Below are positions 28,058-39,013 of a DNA stretch of 64,000 bases, in pieces. Numbering within the stretch: the first letter of the stretch is position 1; every line of letters starts with the position of its first letter. The stretch is taken from NCBI GenBank assembly GCA_964520075.1, contig CAZFMN010000002.1, positions 7,253 to 71,252 of the forward strand, read 5' to 3'. The notes under the pieces were generated by a model. The model saw only the letters and a program-made list of their open reading frames with translations. It was not told the origin of the DNA and did no database searches. This DNA is from an uncultured Halobacteriales archaeon. GTDB lineage: Archaea; Halobacteriota; Halobacteria; Halobacteriales; Haloarculaceae. The position numbers and the translations under genes are program-made.

Positions 28058-29680
28058 CTATGGGTCGGGACGCTGACTGCGCTTGAACTCGGCGAGACGC
28101 AGTTCCGTGTCGCCGTAGCGGGCGAACAGGTCGTCCCCGACACGTTCGAACGTGAGCGTGCCGGTGGTGACAGTCTCGTTGCGGGCGGGGACCGGCCCCT
28201 CGAACAGGGTCGAGTCGTTGCGCCGGAGGCGGAGGTCGTACCCATCGGCCGTCGCGGCGATACTGACGTTCACCCCGTCGATTCGTGGGTTCCCGACGGC
28301 GGGGCTCGCGGTGTGGAGCAGACGTTGCCGGTTGTCGTGGAACCCTCTGACCCGGAACGTGGTGTTGCCGTCGACAAACGACCACTGTGTCCGGTCGACG
28401 AACACCGTCTCGCGCCAGGCGGGACCACCGACGGTGACAGCGGCCTGCCCGTCGAAGGCGAGTTCACCCGCGGAGACGGCCAGCCCCCAGGCGTTGCGCC
28501 GGTCGCTCGCGACGACGACACCACTTCTGGTCGCGGACAGCGGACTCCCGACCACGGGCAGTTCGAGTGCCCCGACGTACTGGTCCTGTGCGCCGTCGAC
28601 GTACGCGACACTGTAGTCCTGTACCTCGACACCGTCCTCGACCGCCTCACCGGAGGAGACGAGGACCAGACTGTAGGCGAGGCCGCTGACCGTGAGCACC
28701 GCGACCCCGAGGGCGAGCAACGCAACGGCCACAGTCGCCGGCGGAGGACCGACGCCGAGTCGCCGGTCGGGCGGGAGCGTCGCGAGCGCGACGAGCGTCG
28801 CGAACAGGAGGATACCGGCCACGCCGGCGGCTTGGAACAGCACGAACCCGTCGGCGCCGAGAAACCAGTAGATGGCGTACAGCGAGCGCACGACCCCGAA
28901 CACGAGCGCCGCGAAGAAGACGTGCCGGAGGTCGGGGTAGCGCTCGCGCAGGCGGAGCAGTCCAACGGCCAGCAGTACCCCGACGAGGACACCGAACAGG
29001 TGCCCCTGCAGCGCCGTGTCGGCCCACGAGGGGGAGACGAACCGCGGACGTGCCTCCGCGATCACCACGGGGTCGGTGAGCGCGCTGTACAGGAGACGAA
29101 CCGCCCGGACGGCGAGCAGCGCGAACACCGTCACGAGCGGGCGAACGACGAGTGCAAAGCCCGCGAACGCGAAGACGACCCCGGAGAAACCGATTATCGC
29201 GCCGGGCACGAACAGCGCGCCGACGACACCCACCGCGACGACCCCGAGCACGAACAGCCCGACCCGGGCGTACGGGCTCTGCACCCGTGCGTCGGCCGGG
29301 GGCCGGTGGCGCCAGACGTACTCCACGACCGGTGCGAAGGTGAGTGTCCCGAAGATGTTGCCACGGAGGTGTGCCTCGGATGCGTGTGCAAACGAGGAGA
29401 ACAGCACACCCTGTGGATACCAGACCGACCAGGAGCGAAACCCCTGCACGACCGGGCCACTGTCGCTGCCGCCACCCTGCACGAGATAGTATATGGCCAC
29501 GAGACCGGCGACGACAGTCGCCGTGCCCCACGGAACACCGAGGAGGAACCGCTCGCGCAACGGGTCGAGCAACGCGGTGTCACCGAACCACACCAGGGTT
29601 GCGACCGCCCCCGCGCCAGCCACGACGACCGCGAGGAGGCTCACGGTCTCGAGCAGTGGGCCCTCGACGCCGAGCGTCAT
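28058..29680 (-). CDS. Rhomboid family intramembrane serine protease with C-terminal extension
   Basis: H...HLRGN, GFSG and downstream GHLFG motifs; many TM helices. Confidence 0.82.
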   Translation of the reverse strand: MTLGVEGPLLETVSLLAVVVAGAGAVATLVWFGDTALLDPLRERFLLGVPWGTATVVAGLVAIYYLVQGGGSDSGPVVQGFRSWSVWYPQGVLFSSFAHASEAHLRGNIFGTLTFAPVVEYVWRHRPPADARVQSPYARVGLFVLGVVAVGVVGALFVPGAIIGFSGVVFAFAGFALVVRPLVTVFALLAVRAVRLLYSALTDPVVIAEARPRFVSPSWADTALQGHLFGVLVGVLLAVGLLRLRERYPDLRHVFFAALVFGVVRSLYAIYWFLGADGFVLFQAAGVAGILLFATLVALATLPPDRRLGVGPPPATVAVALLALGVAVLTVSGLAYSLVLVSSGEAVEDGVEVQDYSVAYVDGAQDQYVGALELPVVGSPLSATRSGVVVASDRRNAWGLAVSAGELAFDGQAAVTVGGPAWRETVFVDRTQWSFVDGNTTFRVRGFHDNRQRLLHTASPAVGNPRIDGVNVSIAATADGYDLRLRRNDSTLFEGPVPARNETVTTGTLTFERVGDDLFARYGDTELRLAEFKRSQRPDP

Positions 29681-29759
29681 TACCTGTGTGGAGGGGTCTC
29701 AGGTCGATAAACCTTCGCTGGCCGTGTGGAGAACACGTGTAACCACTGATGCGAGCGCT

Positions 29760-30158
29760 TCAGGTGGGTGAGCGGGCGCCACAGGCCGTACACTGGAGCA
29801 GTTCGGCACCCTGTTCGCGCTCGATATTCGTATCGGGCAGGTCACACTCGCTGCAGAGCACGTACTGTTCGGTGTAGGCCTCCACCGCGTCGCTGATGCG
29901 CCGTGCTCCGAAGTCGCCGGTCAGGCGGGCACGACCGCTCTCGTCGATGCGTGCGCTCGTTCCGACCTCGTCCTGCAGGAACTTCAGGACGTGGTCGGGT
30001 TCACGCGAGAGCACCCGACAGACGTCACGGAAGTTCTCGAAGACGGTGACGTTACCCTCCTTTCGAACGTTCGGGTCGGGCACGTCGAGTCGGTCGGAGT
30101 CCGGCTGAATATCGGGCGCCTGCTCGATTCCCCGGTCGAGCATATCGCTGTAATCCAT
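29760..30158 (-). CDS. eif2b: Translation initiation factor aIF-2 beta subunit
   Basis: EGNVTVFENF, HVLKFL..EVGT, C-terminal CSEC...PDT...CTACGA zinc ribbon. Confidence 0.92.
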   Translation of the reverse strand: MDYSDMLDRGIEQAPDIQPDSDRLDVPDPNVRKEGNVTVFENFRDVCRVLSREPDHVLKFLQDEVGTSARIDESGRARLTGDFGARRISDAVEAYTEQYVLCSECDLPDTNIEREQGAELLQCTACGARSPT

Positions 30159-30308
30159 ACACGAAAGTGGGTGCCGCAGCCTAATGTGTCCCGCGATTCG
30201 ACGGCACCACACCCACCGGTGAGAGAGCCGTGACCGACACGACGAGGACGGCGCATCTGGCGATGCTCGAACAGCCGGTGCCGCGCTCCGGACAGTTCTG
30301 GACCGGCC

Positions 30309-31184
30309 CTAGAGGATCTGTGCACCCTCGCCGACCCGGGTCTGGTACGAGCGGGCGTCGACGTCGTGTGCCTCGAACGCGTCGAGCATCGCGGAGGCGA
30401 CCGGCCGGCGGTCCCGCTCCCGGCAGACCGCGAGCACACCGGGGCCGGAGCCGCTGATGGTGACCCCGGTCGCGCCGGCACCGCGGGCGGCCTCGCAGAC
30501 GTCGTCGTACCCCTCGATCAGCTCGGCACGGGCCGGTGTCACAACGGAGTCGTGCATCCCGGCCCCGACGAGCTCCGGGTCGTCCCGGCACATGCCGGCG
30601 GTGAGTGTCGCCGCGTTGCCGACAGTCTCGACGACCTGTTCGATGTCCGCACTCTCTGGCACCACCGAGCGGGCATCACGGGTCGAGACGACGATATCGG
30701 GCAGACAGACGACGAGCGAGATGTCGGCGTCGACCCGGGTGATACCGTTCCCGGTGGCGACCGTGAACCCGCCGACGATGGCCGGCGCGACGTTGTCGTC
30801 GTGTGCAACCCCCGAGACGACCGCCTCACCCTCGGCGGCTATCGGGACGAGCGCCTCGCGGGTGTGCCCGCGGTCGTAGAGTTCGTCGAGCGCAACCGCC
30901 GCCGCCGCGGCGCTGGCCGCCGAGGAGCCGAGCCCCGACGCCGGCCGGACGCCCTTGTTTATCTCGATGTGGGCCGGCGCGTCGAGCGCCTCCGCGACCG
31001 CACCGACGGTGTTCTTCTCGGGGTCCTCGGGGATGTACTGGCTGCCCGCGCCGCTGACCCCGATCGACGTCTCGGCGGCCCTGCTGACCCTGACCACGTC
31101 GGCCGGCCGCGAGAGCGCGACACCGAAGACATCGAACCCGCTACCCAGGTTCGCGCTCGTCGCCGGCGCACGGACCGTCACCAT
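30309..31184 (-). CDS. thrB: Homoserine kinase
   Basis: PATSANLGSGFD, GHMP motif PASGLGSSAA, HDDNVAPA, ISGSGP. Confidence 0.95.
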   Translation of the reverse strand: MVTVRAPATSANLGSGFDVFGVALSRPADVVRVSRAAETSIGVSGAGSQYIPEDPEKNTVGAVAEALDAPAHIEINKGVRPASGLGSSAASAAAAAVALDELYDRGHTREALVPIAAEGEAVVSGVAHDDNVAPAIVGGFTVATGNGITRVDADISLVVCLPDIVVSTRDARSVVPESADIEQVVETVGNAATLTAGMCRDDPELVGAGMHDSVVTPARAELIEGYDDVCEAARGAGATGVTISGSGPGVLAVCRERDRRPVASAMLDAFEAHDVDARSYQTRVGEGAQIL

Positions 31185-31236
31185 ACACCGGTTTTCTGTA
31201 CTGTTCTGAAAAAGGTAGCGGAGTGCCGGCCCGCTC

Positions 31237-31929
31237 TCAGCGCTCGTCCCAGCGCTCGCCGCTGGCGCGGTCGACCTCGCTGTCACCGCGCTCGGAGGGG
31301 CAGATATCGGCCAGTGAACACGAGTCACAGTCCGGATTGCGGGCGGTGCAGACCGCACGCCCGTGGCTGATGAACAGGTGCGTGAGCTGTTGCCACTCCC
31401 GCTCCGGGACCAGCTCCATCAGCTCCTCCTCGATGCGCTCGGGGCGCTCGCGGTCGGCGAGTCCGAGCCGGCGGCTCAGCCGCTGGGCGTGTGTATCGAC
31501 CACCACCCCCTCGACGATATCGTGTCCGTGCTGGAGCACCACGTTCGCCGTCTTGCGGCCCACGCCGTGCAGGTCGGTCAGTTCGTCCATCGTGTCGGGG
31601 ACCTCGCCGTCGTGCTCCGCGAGCAACCGCTCGCAGGTCTCGCGGATGTACGTGGCCTTGCTGTTGTAGTAGGTAACGGAGTTGAGCGCCGTGGCGAGCT
31701 CCTCCTGCGGGGCCTCGGCGTAGTCCGCTGGCGTCTGGTAGGTCTCGAACAGGTCGGCGGTGACCCCGTTGACCCGCTCGTCGGTACACTGTGCCGAGAG
31801 GATGACCGCCACCAGCAGTTCCAGCCGGTTCGAGTAGTTCAGCGAGATGGTCGCGTCGGGGTACTCCTCGTGCAGACGGTCGATGACCTCGGCGGCCTGG
31901 TCGGCGCGGTCGGCGCGCGGCGTGCCCAT
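31237..31929 (-). CDS. nth: Endonuclease III
   Basis: LSAQCTD, HhH motif LHGVGRKTA, VDTH, C-x6-C-x2-C-x5-C Fe-S motif. Confidence 0.95.
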   Translation of the reverse strand: MGTPRADRADQAAEVIDRLHEEYPDATISLNYSNRLELLVAVILSAQCTDERVNGVTADLFETYQTPADYAEAPQEELATALNSVTYYNSKATYIRETCERLLAEHDGEVPDTMDELTDLHGVGRKTANVVLQHGHDIVEGVVVDTHAQRLSRRLGLADRERPERIEEELMELVPEREWQQLTHLFISHGRAVCTARNPDCDSCSLADICPSERGDSEVDRASGERWDER

Positions 31930-31968
31930 ACCCGGGCAAGCGGCGGACCGGGCTTGAGACCACCGGAT

Positions 31969-32745
31969 TCACTCGAACGGCTCTTCCAGCCAGGCCTCCG
32001 CGAGTTCGGCGAGCACCGACGCGAAGGCGGTCTCGCTCGTCCAGAACGCGACCTCCGTGCCGGCGCTCGACTCCGTGTCGCGGTCGATACCGGTCGTCCG
32101 CGTGCTCAGCAGGATGGTCTGTCCGTCGGCGACGAGCAGGCGGGCGGTGTTCACGTCGGGCACCCGGTCGAGCAACACCCGGAACGCTGTCAGTCCGTCG
32201 GCCTCCTCGGCCCGGTCGAGCACCGTCCTGTTCGCGCTGGTGAGCACGACCCGGACACCGCGGTCGGCGGCGGCCTCGAACGCGGCTACGACCTCCTCGG
32301 TCACGAGCGAGGCGTCGTCGACGGCGTACAGCAGGCGCTCGTCGGCCTGCCCGGCCAGTGTCAGCGTCCGCGCGGTCACCGAGTCCCGACCGCGTATCAT
32401 CCAGATGGACTCGGTGTGTTCCTGGCTCTGCTGTGAGGCCTGGACGGTGTCGAGGTAGTCGAACGTCTCCGCGCCGGTCTCGGCGAGCCTGTCGAGGACC
32501 TGCCGGCGTGCCTGCTCCAGCGACACCGGCCGGTAGACCGTCGGGGTCGACTGCTGTGTCTCGATGAGACCCCGGTCCTCGAGCCCCTCGGCCGCGCCGT
32601 AGACCTGTGAGCGGGGCACGTCGGCGATATCGCTCACCTCGCTCGCCGTCCCGCGACCGAGTTTCTGGAGTCCGAGAAACACCCGCGCCTCGTAGGTCGT
32701 CAGCCCGAGCCGTTTCAGCCCGTCCACCGCGTCGTCGTCGTTCAT
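31969..32745 (-). CDS. TrmB family transcriptional regulator
   Basis: LGLTTYEARVF...VPRSQVYG wHTH plus C-terminal effector-binding domain. Confidence 0.9.
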   Translation of the reverse strand: MNDDDAVDGLKRLGLTTYEARVFLGLQKLGRGTASEVSDIADVPRSQVYGAAEGLEDRGLIETQQSTPTVYRPVSLEQARRQVLDRLAETGAETFDYLDTVQASQQSQEHTESIWMIRGRDSVTARTLTLAGQADERLLYAVDDASLVTEEVVAAFEAAADRGVRVVLTSANRTVLDRAEEADGLTAFRVLLDRVPDVNTARLLVADGQTILLSTRTTGIDRDTESSAGTEVAFWTSETAFASVLAELAEAWLEEPFE

Positions 32746-32781
32746 GCTCGCACCGCTGTCGGGTCGGTTCGCTCGGCGGTA

Positions 32782-33393
32782 CTATCTTTCGGTTTCCCGT
32801 CTGTCGACACCGCCGACCTGGCCCCGAGAGCGGTCACGCCGGAGGACCACGAGCAACCCGTACGCGCCGACGACGAGAAGCAGCAGGAACGATATCGCGT
32901 TCCCGAGGAGGATACCGCCGACACCCCCACCGACGAGCGTCCAGAAAAAGCGCCTGTCGACGTAGCCCTGTCGGTAGTAGTAGTAACAGAGACCGACCAG
33001 TGCCAGCGCCAGCACGGCACCGATACCGCCCTGAACCGCGACGGTGTCGGCGCTCAACCCCTCGATTATCCCCTGCTCCTCGACGAACTGCACGATCTCG
33101 TCGGCGAAGATTACTGCAGATGCGTTCTCGACGAGCGCGACAGCCGCGAGTACACCCGCAATCCACAGCGTCGTCAGTGACTCGACCTGTCCCTGTGAGC
33201 TGTCAGCCTCGGAGGTGCCGCGTGCGGGTCGACCCCGTGACTCGTACTCGTCCCCGCGGCGCGGGTTTCGCCCTGTCTCCCGCTGTTGTCTGTCGGTTTC
33301 GCCCTCTCGACGGTCACCGAGTTCGGTCCCACACTCGAAACAGTACGCGTCCTCCGGTTCGACCCGCTCACCACAGCGCGGGCAGTGGTTCAT
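32782..33393 (-). CDS. Zinc-ribbon membrane protein
   Basis: N-terminal CPRCG...CFECG, charged linker, ~4 TM segments. Confidence 0.75.
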   Translation of the reverse strand: MNHCPRCGERVEPEDAYCFECGTELGDRREGETDRQQRETGRNPRRGDEYESRGRPARGTSEADSSQGQVESLTTLWIAGVLAAVALVENASAVIFADEIVQFVEEQGIIEGLSADTVAVQGGIGAVLALALVGLCYYYYRQGYVDRRFFWTLVGGGVGGILLGNAISFLLLLVVGAYGLLVVLRRDRSRGQVGGVDRRETER

Positions 33394-33482
33394 AGGTACG
33401 TGTCCGGTACGGATACAAAACAAGCTAACGGTCGCAGGGCGACTGCGCAGGCCTTATGAGAGCCGTGAGCAAAGAACAGACA

Positions 33483-34478
33483 ATGAGCGAGGCGGAGACA
33501 GAGCGAGCAGTCGTCGGCATCGTCGGCCTGCCGGGCAGCGGCAAGAGCGAGGCCGCCGCCGTTGCCGAGGAACTCGGGGTGCCGGTTGTGACGATGGGCG
33601 ATGTCATCCGGGCGGCCTGTCGCGAGCGGGACCTGGACCCGGCAACTCACCACGGACAGGTCGCACAGCAGCTCCGGGCGGAGAACGGTCCCGCCGCAAT
33701 CGCCGAGGAATCACTCCCGAGCATCGAGGCGGCGCTCGCCGACGCGGGGCTGGTCCTCGTGGACGGTATCCGCTCCGATGTCGAGGTCGAGCGCTTCGAG
33801 ACCGCCTTCGGGGACGCGTTCACGCTCGTGAGTGTCGAGACCCCATTCGAGACGCGGGCCGAGCGTCTCGACCTGCGCGGCCGCGACGCCGACAGCGACG
33901 AGGGCGGTGAGTCACTCGCCGAGCGCGACGAGCGCGAACTCGAGTTCGGGATGGGCGAGGCGATGGACCGCGCCGAGCTCACACTCGAGAACACCGGCTC
34001 ACTCGAGCGCTTCCACGACGCGGTCAGGGAGCTGCTACAGAGTAAACAGACACGCGAGGCGTCGACAGCGCGGCCGTACACACTCGAGGCCGAGATAACG
34101 GCGCCCGTGTACGAGACCGAGCGCAGAGAGCGCGTGACCGAGGCGGTCACCGGTGTGTTCCCCGACGCCGACACCGAACTCGAACACGGTGAACTCCGCG
34201 CCACCGTCCACGACCTCGAACACCTCTCGGAACTGCTCCACCGGCAGTCCATCCTCGACACCGCCCGGGGTGTGTTCTTCGACAACCGGCGCGGCGAGAC
34301 GTTCTCCTTCCGGCTGAAAAAGCAGGCTGCCTTTGTCGGCGTGGTCAACTTCGTCGTCGACGACCCGGGTGAACTCGGCGCGATTGCCGTGCGCGTCCGC
34401 GTCGAGGAGCCCTCTGTCGAGGCGACTATCAACGAGGTTGCGCCGCCGACAGAGGACGGTGACCCCGTCGACGTGTGA
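33483..34478 (+). CDS. Fused UPF0200 P-loop kinase + UPF0201/DUF54 RNA-binding domain protein
   Basis: GLPGSGKS, TMGDVIR, VDGIRS, ERDERE, then in frame APVYETE...RQSILDTAR...LKKQAA. Confidence 0.8.
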   Translation: MSEAETERAVVGIVGLPGSGKSEAAAVAEELGVPVVTMGDVIRAACRERDLDPATHHGQVAQQLRAENGPAAIAEESLPSIEAALADAGLVLVDGIRSDVEVERFETAFGDAFTLVSVETPFETRAERLDLRGRDADSDEGGESLAERDERELEFGMGEAMDRAELTLENTGSLERFHDAVRELLQSKQTREASTARPYTLEAEITAPVYETERRERVTEAVTGVFPDADTELEHGELRATVHDLEHLSELLHRQSILDTARGVFFDNRRGETFSFRLKKQAAFVGVVNFVVDDPGELGAIAVRVRVEEPSVEATINEVAPPTEDGDPVDV

Positions 34479-34535
34479 CCACCTGTCGACACGAGTGGGT
34501 CCCCGCGTCGAGTGGGTGCCGACACGCGGAACCGG

Positions 34536-35174
34536 TCAGATTCCGAGCCGTTTCAGAACGTAGGTCGTCGCCGCACCCGAGATGGCGACACCCGTGCTGA
34601 ACGCGAACAGCGGCCCGAAGTCCGTGCCACCGCCACCACCACTGCCGCTGTCGAAGGTAATCGTCGCGAAGACGAACATGATAATCAACATCGCGATGAA
34701 TCCGACGAAGGCCCCGATACCGCTGACCAGCACCGCCTCACCGTCGCTGGCGGTCAGGCGGAGACCGGTCAGAACCCCGGTGACCATACTGATGACCGGG
34801 GCGGCGAGAACGGCGACGAGGAGCGCGCCCGCGCCGAACAGTTGGCCGCCGAGTCCACCGGTGGCCGAGAGCAACATCAGTCCGACCCCGTAGCCCAGTC
34901 CGACCGCACCGAACGTCCCGACGATGTACAGCAGGAACCGCTTCCCCGACTCCGTACCGAGGATGTCGGTGACCGACGCGTTCGCACCCCGCTGTCTCCC
35001 CGCCGGTCGCCGCTGTGGCTGTCCACGGCCCGCACTACCCGACTGTGTCTGTGCCTGTGGGCGGGTCGTCCCGCTCTGTGTCTCCGCTGTGGGCGGGTTT
35101 CGCCCTGACTGGTCGTACCCCGACTGGGGCTGATTCTCTCCCTGTTCCCGTCGGTCCGGCCCATCATCCGACAT
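34536..35174 (-). CDS. Hypothetical membrane protein
   Basis: Q/R-rich N-terminus followed by ~4 TM helices. Confidence 0.7.
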   Translation of the reverse strand: MSDDGPDRREQGENQPQSGYDQSGRNPPTAETQSGTTRPQAQTQSGSAGRGQPQRRPAGRQRGANASVTDILGTESGKRFLLYIVGTFGAVGLGYGVGLMLLSATGGLGGQLFGAGALLVAVLAAPVISMVTGVLTGLRLTASDGEAVLVSGIGAFVGFIAMLIIMFVFATITFDSGSGGGGGTDFGPLFAFSTGVAISGAATTYVLKRLGI

Positions 35175-35229
35175 ACATGTGTGAGTGGTTCTCACAGAGA
35201 TAAATCCACCGGTCAGCGTGTCGCCGTGT

Positions 35230-36651
35230 TCACCCGAACGGGTTGTTGCCGCCGTCGCCACCCATCCCGCCCATGCCGCCCATCCCGCCACCGCCGGGTC
35301 CGCCCTGCTGTTGCATCTGTTGCATCATCCGCTCCATGTCACCCTCGCCCATCCCCTGGAACTGTTTGATAGCCCGCTCCATCATGCGGTGCTGTTCGAG
35401 CAGTTCCCGGATCTGTTCCTCCGGCTTGCCCGAACCGCGGGAGATGCGCCTGAGCCGGTCGGCACCGATGACCCGCGGGTTCACCAGCTCCTCCTCGGTC
35501 ATCGAGTCCATTATCACGTCGTAGTTGCGCATCCGCTCCTGTGTCATGTCCATCGCGTCGTCGGGAAGCTGGTCCATCAGCCCGCCGCCCAGACCGGGTA
35601 TCATATCCATCACCTGCCCGAGTGGTCCCATCCGGTTCATCGCGTCCATCTGTCGTTGCATGTCCTTGAGGGTGAACTCACCCTCCAGCATCTCCTCGGG
35701 GTCCCAGTCCTCGTCGTCCTCCTCCTGGGTCTCCTCCATCGCGCGCTCGACCCGCTCGGCGAGCTGTTCGAGGTCGCCCATCCCGAGCAACCGGGAGACG
35801 AAACTCGATGGCTCGAACCGCTCGATATCCTTTACCGTCTCGCCGGTCCCGAGGAAGGCGATGGTGGAGTCGGTCTGGTCGACCGCGGCGAGTGCGCCAC
35901 CGCCTTTCGCGGTCCCGTCGAGCTTGGTGATGACGACACCGTCGATACCGATAGCCGCCTCGAACTCCTGGGCCTGTTCTTTCGCGCTCTGACCCATCGC
36001 GGCGTCGAGCACCAGCAGGTTCCGGTCCGGGCCGGCCGCACCCTCGATGCGCTCGATCTGTGCGATCAGCTCCTCGTTGAGACCGTCCCGACCGGCGGTG
36101 TCGACGATCTGGACGTCCGCGTCGGCGGTCTCGAGGAGTCCGGTCTCGGCGATGGCGACGGGGTCGTTCTCGTCGGGGTCGCCGTAGAACTCGACCTCGG
36201 CGTTGTCGGCCATCTGCTTTGCCTGGTCGTACGCGCCCGGCCGGTCGGTGTCGGTCTGGATGACCGCCGGCCGGAGCCCCTTCTTCGAGAACCACCACGC
36301 CATCTTCGCCGCTGTCGTGGTCTTTCCCGACCCGTACAGCCCCGCCAGCAGGATGGTCTGGCTCTCCAGCGGCAGGTCCGTCGACTCACCGAGCAGCTCG
36401 ACCAGTTCCTCGTAGACGATGCGCAGCACCCAGTCACGGGCCGACGTGCCCGACGGTGGTTCCTCCTCCAGCGCGCGGGTCTCGATGCTGTCCGAGAGCT
36501 CCTGCACGAGCGCGATGTCGACGTCAGCCTGGATGAGCGAGCGCTGGATCTCCTTTACGATGCCCTCGACGTCCTCCCTGTCGAGACGTGATTTCCCCCG
36601 GAGGTCGTTCAGGGTGCTCCTGAGCGAACTGCCGAGATTGTCGAGTACCAT
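35230..36651 (-). CDS. srp54: Signal recognition particle protein Srp54
   Basis: [19 protein letters not shown] GTPase motifs; Met-rich M domain. Confidence 0.97.
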   Translation of the reverse strand: MVLDNLGSSLRSTLNDLRGKSRLDREDVEGIVKEIQRSLIQADVDIALVQELSDSIETRALEEEPPSGTSARDWVLRIVYEELVELLGESTDLPLESQTILLAGLYGSGKTTTAAKMAWWFSKKGLRPAVIQTDTDRPGAYDQAKQMADNAEVEFYGDPDENDPVAIAETGLLETADADVQIVDTAGRDGLNEELIAQIERIEGAAGPDRNLLVLDAAMGQSAKEQAQEFEAAIGIDGVVITKLDGTAKGGGALAAVDQTDSTIAFLGTGETVKDIERFEPSSFVSRLLGMGDLEQLAERVERAMEETQEEDDEDWDPEEMLEGEFTLKDMQRQMDAMNRMGPLGQVMDMIPGLGGGLMDQLPDDAMDMTQERMRNYDVIMDSMTEEELVNPRVIGADRLRRISRGSGKPEEQIRELLEQHRMMERAIKQFQGMGEGDMERMMQQMQQQGGPGGGGMGGMGGMGGDGGNNPFG

Positions 36652-36796
36652 TACCCGCTGGTACGCGGCCGGGCCGGTAAAGGCTTTTCCGACGACGAAC
36701 GGACGGCGCCCGCCCACGCGTCCGGCCACACGCTCTCACGGACGGTGTGTCGGGCAGAGATGCCGCGCCGCCCTTCCGGCGACCGGTTCGGTCACG

Positions 36797-38719
36797 TCAG
36801 TCGCGGGGGTGGAACCGCTTTATCGCCTCCCGGACGGCGTCGGTTTCGCCGACGAAGGTGACGTTGTCACCCTCATTCAGGACGGTGTCACCGTCGGGGA
36901 CCCGCGTCTCGCCGCCGTTGCTGACGACAGCGACGATACAGCCACTGGGGATCCTCGTGTTCACCTCGCCGATAGACTTGCCGGCGAACTTCCGTGCCGT
37001 GAGTTCGACCTCCTGGACGTCGTGTCCCTCGCCTATCTCGTTCATCCAGTGGGCGAGGGCGGGCCGCTCTATCTCGTCGTCGATTGCGACGGCGGTCGCG
37101 TTCGTCGAGTCGATTGCCGTGACGTCTATCGAGTCGAACGCGCTGACGTTCGACGGGTCGTTGACCCGCGCGTAGAGCGTGTCGATGTCGAACTTTGTTT
37201 TGGCTGTCTGGCAGACGAGCAGATTGACGTCGTCGTCACTGGTTGCCGCGATGACACGCCCTGCCTCGCCGATGCCGGCACTCCGCAACGTGCTCGTCTC
37301 ACTGCCGTCCCCCTCGTGGACGGTGAACCCCTGCGAGCGCGCCTGTTCAGCCTGTTCGTCGTCGTTCTCGACGAGGACGACGAACTCGCCTCTGTCCTCC
37401 AGTCGTTCCGCGAGCGCCCGGCCGACCCGACCGCCCCCGACGATGATAGTTCTCATTGGTGATATCTTGAGTGCGTCCGCAATCTGTCTTGCGAACCCTG
37501 CCTGTGTTGCGACCGTTCCGAGGATGACCGCGAACACCGCCGCCTGCAGTTCGGGCGCCCCGGCGACGCCCTCGGCCTCCATCTCGGCCGCGAACAGTGT
37601 CGCCACACTCGCGGGGATGATCCCACGGGGGCCGACACCGGCGATGAACGTCCGCTCGCGCCAGGTGAACCGCTCCGCCCGGACTGTCGAGAGCAGCACC
37701 AGCAGCGGTCGAAAGAGGAGGATCGCCGCCAGCGCCAGCAACACCGCATCGGGACCGAGGTTCCTGATAGCATCGAGGTCTATCAGCGCGGCGATAGCGA
37801 CGAACACGAACGCCAGAACCACGAGGGTCGCGTTGCGCGCGAACTCCTCGATCTCGTGACGGTGGTCCAGGTCCAGATTGCCAAGCACGATACCGGCGGT
37901 TGCTGCTGCCATTATGCCGGCCTCTGCGGTGACGGTACTGGCGGCGGCATACCCTCCGACTGCCCCGGCGAGTGCGAGGAACTGGTTGCTTTGGATCTCG
38001 TCACCAGGTGTAACCTCTGCCTCGATCAGCACGTAGACGATACCCGCGGCCACCAGACCCGCAGCGAGACCGACCCCCAGCTTCTCGACGAAGATGAAAA
38101 GTGACTGCACCAGCGGGTCGTCGTGCAGGACCATCGTCTCGAAGATGACAGCGGCCGCAATCGCCGCGGTCACGTCGTTTATGATTCCCTCGGTCTCGAG
38201 CGCCGAGGCGACGTGCTCCCTGACACGAACCACCTCGAGTATCGGTGTGACGACTGTCGGACCCGTCGCCACCAGCAGCGCACCGACGACGAACGAGACG
38301 TTCCAGTCGGCCCCGATCAGGAAGTACGTCGCCGCCGACATGCCGACGAACATCACGACGGCCCCGATGGTCACGAGCCGCCAGGCAACGGACCCCGCCT
38401 CGCGAATCCGGTCGAACTGGAGCGCGAACGCCCCGTCGAAGACGATGATGGCCACGGCGACACCGACGATCGGTTGCAACCGCTCCACACCGCCGAAGGT
38501 CCCCTCCAGGGTGACGAACCCGAGTACCGGTCCAAGAACGATTCCGAGCGCGAGATAAAACACCACACTCGGAACCTGGAGACGACGCGCAATCAACTGG
38601 ACCGCGAGCCCCAGTACGAGTATCGAGGCGACGGCGAGTAACAGGTTCTCCGGTATCTCTACCACCGATTCGCCCCCCGCAGAGAGGACACCGCCGGGTG
38701 CGAGCGCAAGCTGTAGCAT
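36797..38719 (-). CDS. NhaP-type cation:proton antiporter with TrkA-N/TrkA-C domains
   Basis: ATGPTVV, EGIINDV, GPRGII, then IVGGGRVG RCK domain. Start ATG 38719 or GTG 38731. Confidence 0.9.
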   Translation of the reverse strand: MLQLALAPGGVLSAGGESVVEIPENLLLAVASILVLGLAVQLIARRLQVPSVVFYLALGIVLGPVLGFVTLEGTFGGVERLQPIVGVAVAIIVFDGAFALQFDRIREAGSVAWRLVTIGAVVMFVGMSAATYFLIGADWNVSFVVGALLVATGPTVVTPILEVVRVREHVASALETEGIINDVTAAIAAAVIFETMVLHDDPLVQSLFIFVEKLGVGLAAGLVAAGIVYVLIEAEVTPGDEIQSNQFLALAGAVGGYAAASTVTAEAGIMAAATAGIVLGNLDLDHRHEIEEFARNATLVVLAFVFVAIAALIDLDAIRNLGPDAVLLALAAILLFRPLLVLLSTVRAERFTWRERTFIAGVGPRGIIPASVATLFAAEMEAEGVAGAPELQAAVFAVILGTVATQAGFARQIADALKISPMRTIIVGGGRVGRALAERLEDRGEFVVLVENDDEQAEQARSQGFTVHEGDGSETSTLRSAGIGEAGRVIAATSDDDVNLLVCQTAKTKFDIDTLYARVNDPSNVSAFDSIDVTAIDSTNATAVAIDDEIERPALAHWMNEIGEGHDVQEVELTARKFAGKSIGEVNTRIPSGCIVAVVSNGGETRVPDGDTVLNEGDNVTFVGETDAVREAIKRFHPRD

Positions 38720-39013
38720 ACTATCTAACACGGGCTATCTCGACAATTAGAGCCGACTGATATTGTTCTGTCGATTGCCGCACGAACTTCTGTCTGTGCC
38801 GGGCAGAGGTTCGTTCCTGTCCCACACAGCCTTCTCAGCCGGCACCCTGCATCGATTGCGAGTCTCTCGCCGTGAATCAGTGGCCACGCAGGGACTCCGC
38901 TGTGGGCCGCTAGTCCGGGCGCACGCCGGTCTTCTGTTGTCTCAGACTCCCGGAGCACCACCGACCAACATCCATATGTAATCTCAGGTAGAACAGTCAG
39001 CACAGAGTCGAGT

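Noticed and set aside
26744-29710. 988-aa + strand ORF
   Set aside because: Antisense shadow of three well-supported minus-strand genes; no recognisable motifs; long shadows are expected at this GC content.
35230-35340. Gly/Met/Gln repeat at the Srp54 C-terminus
   Set aside because: Ordinary feature of Srp54 tails.
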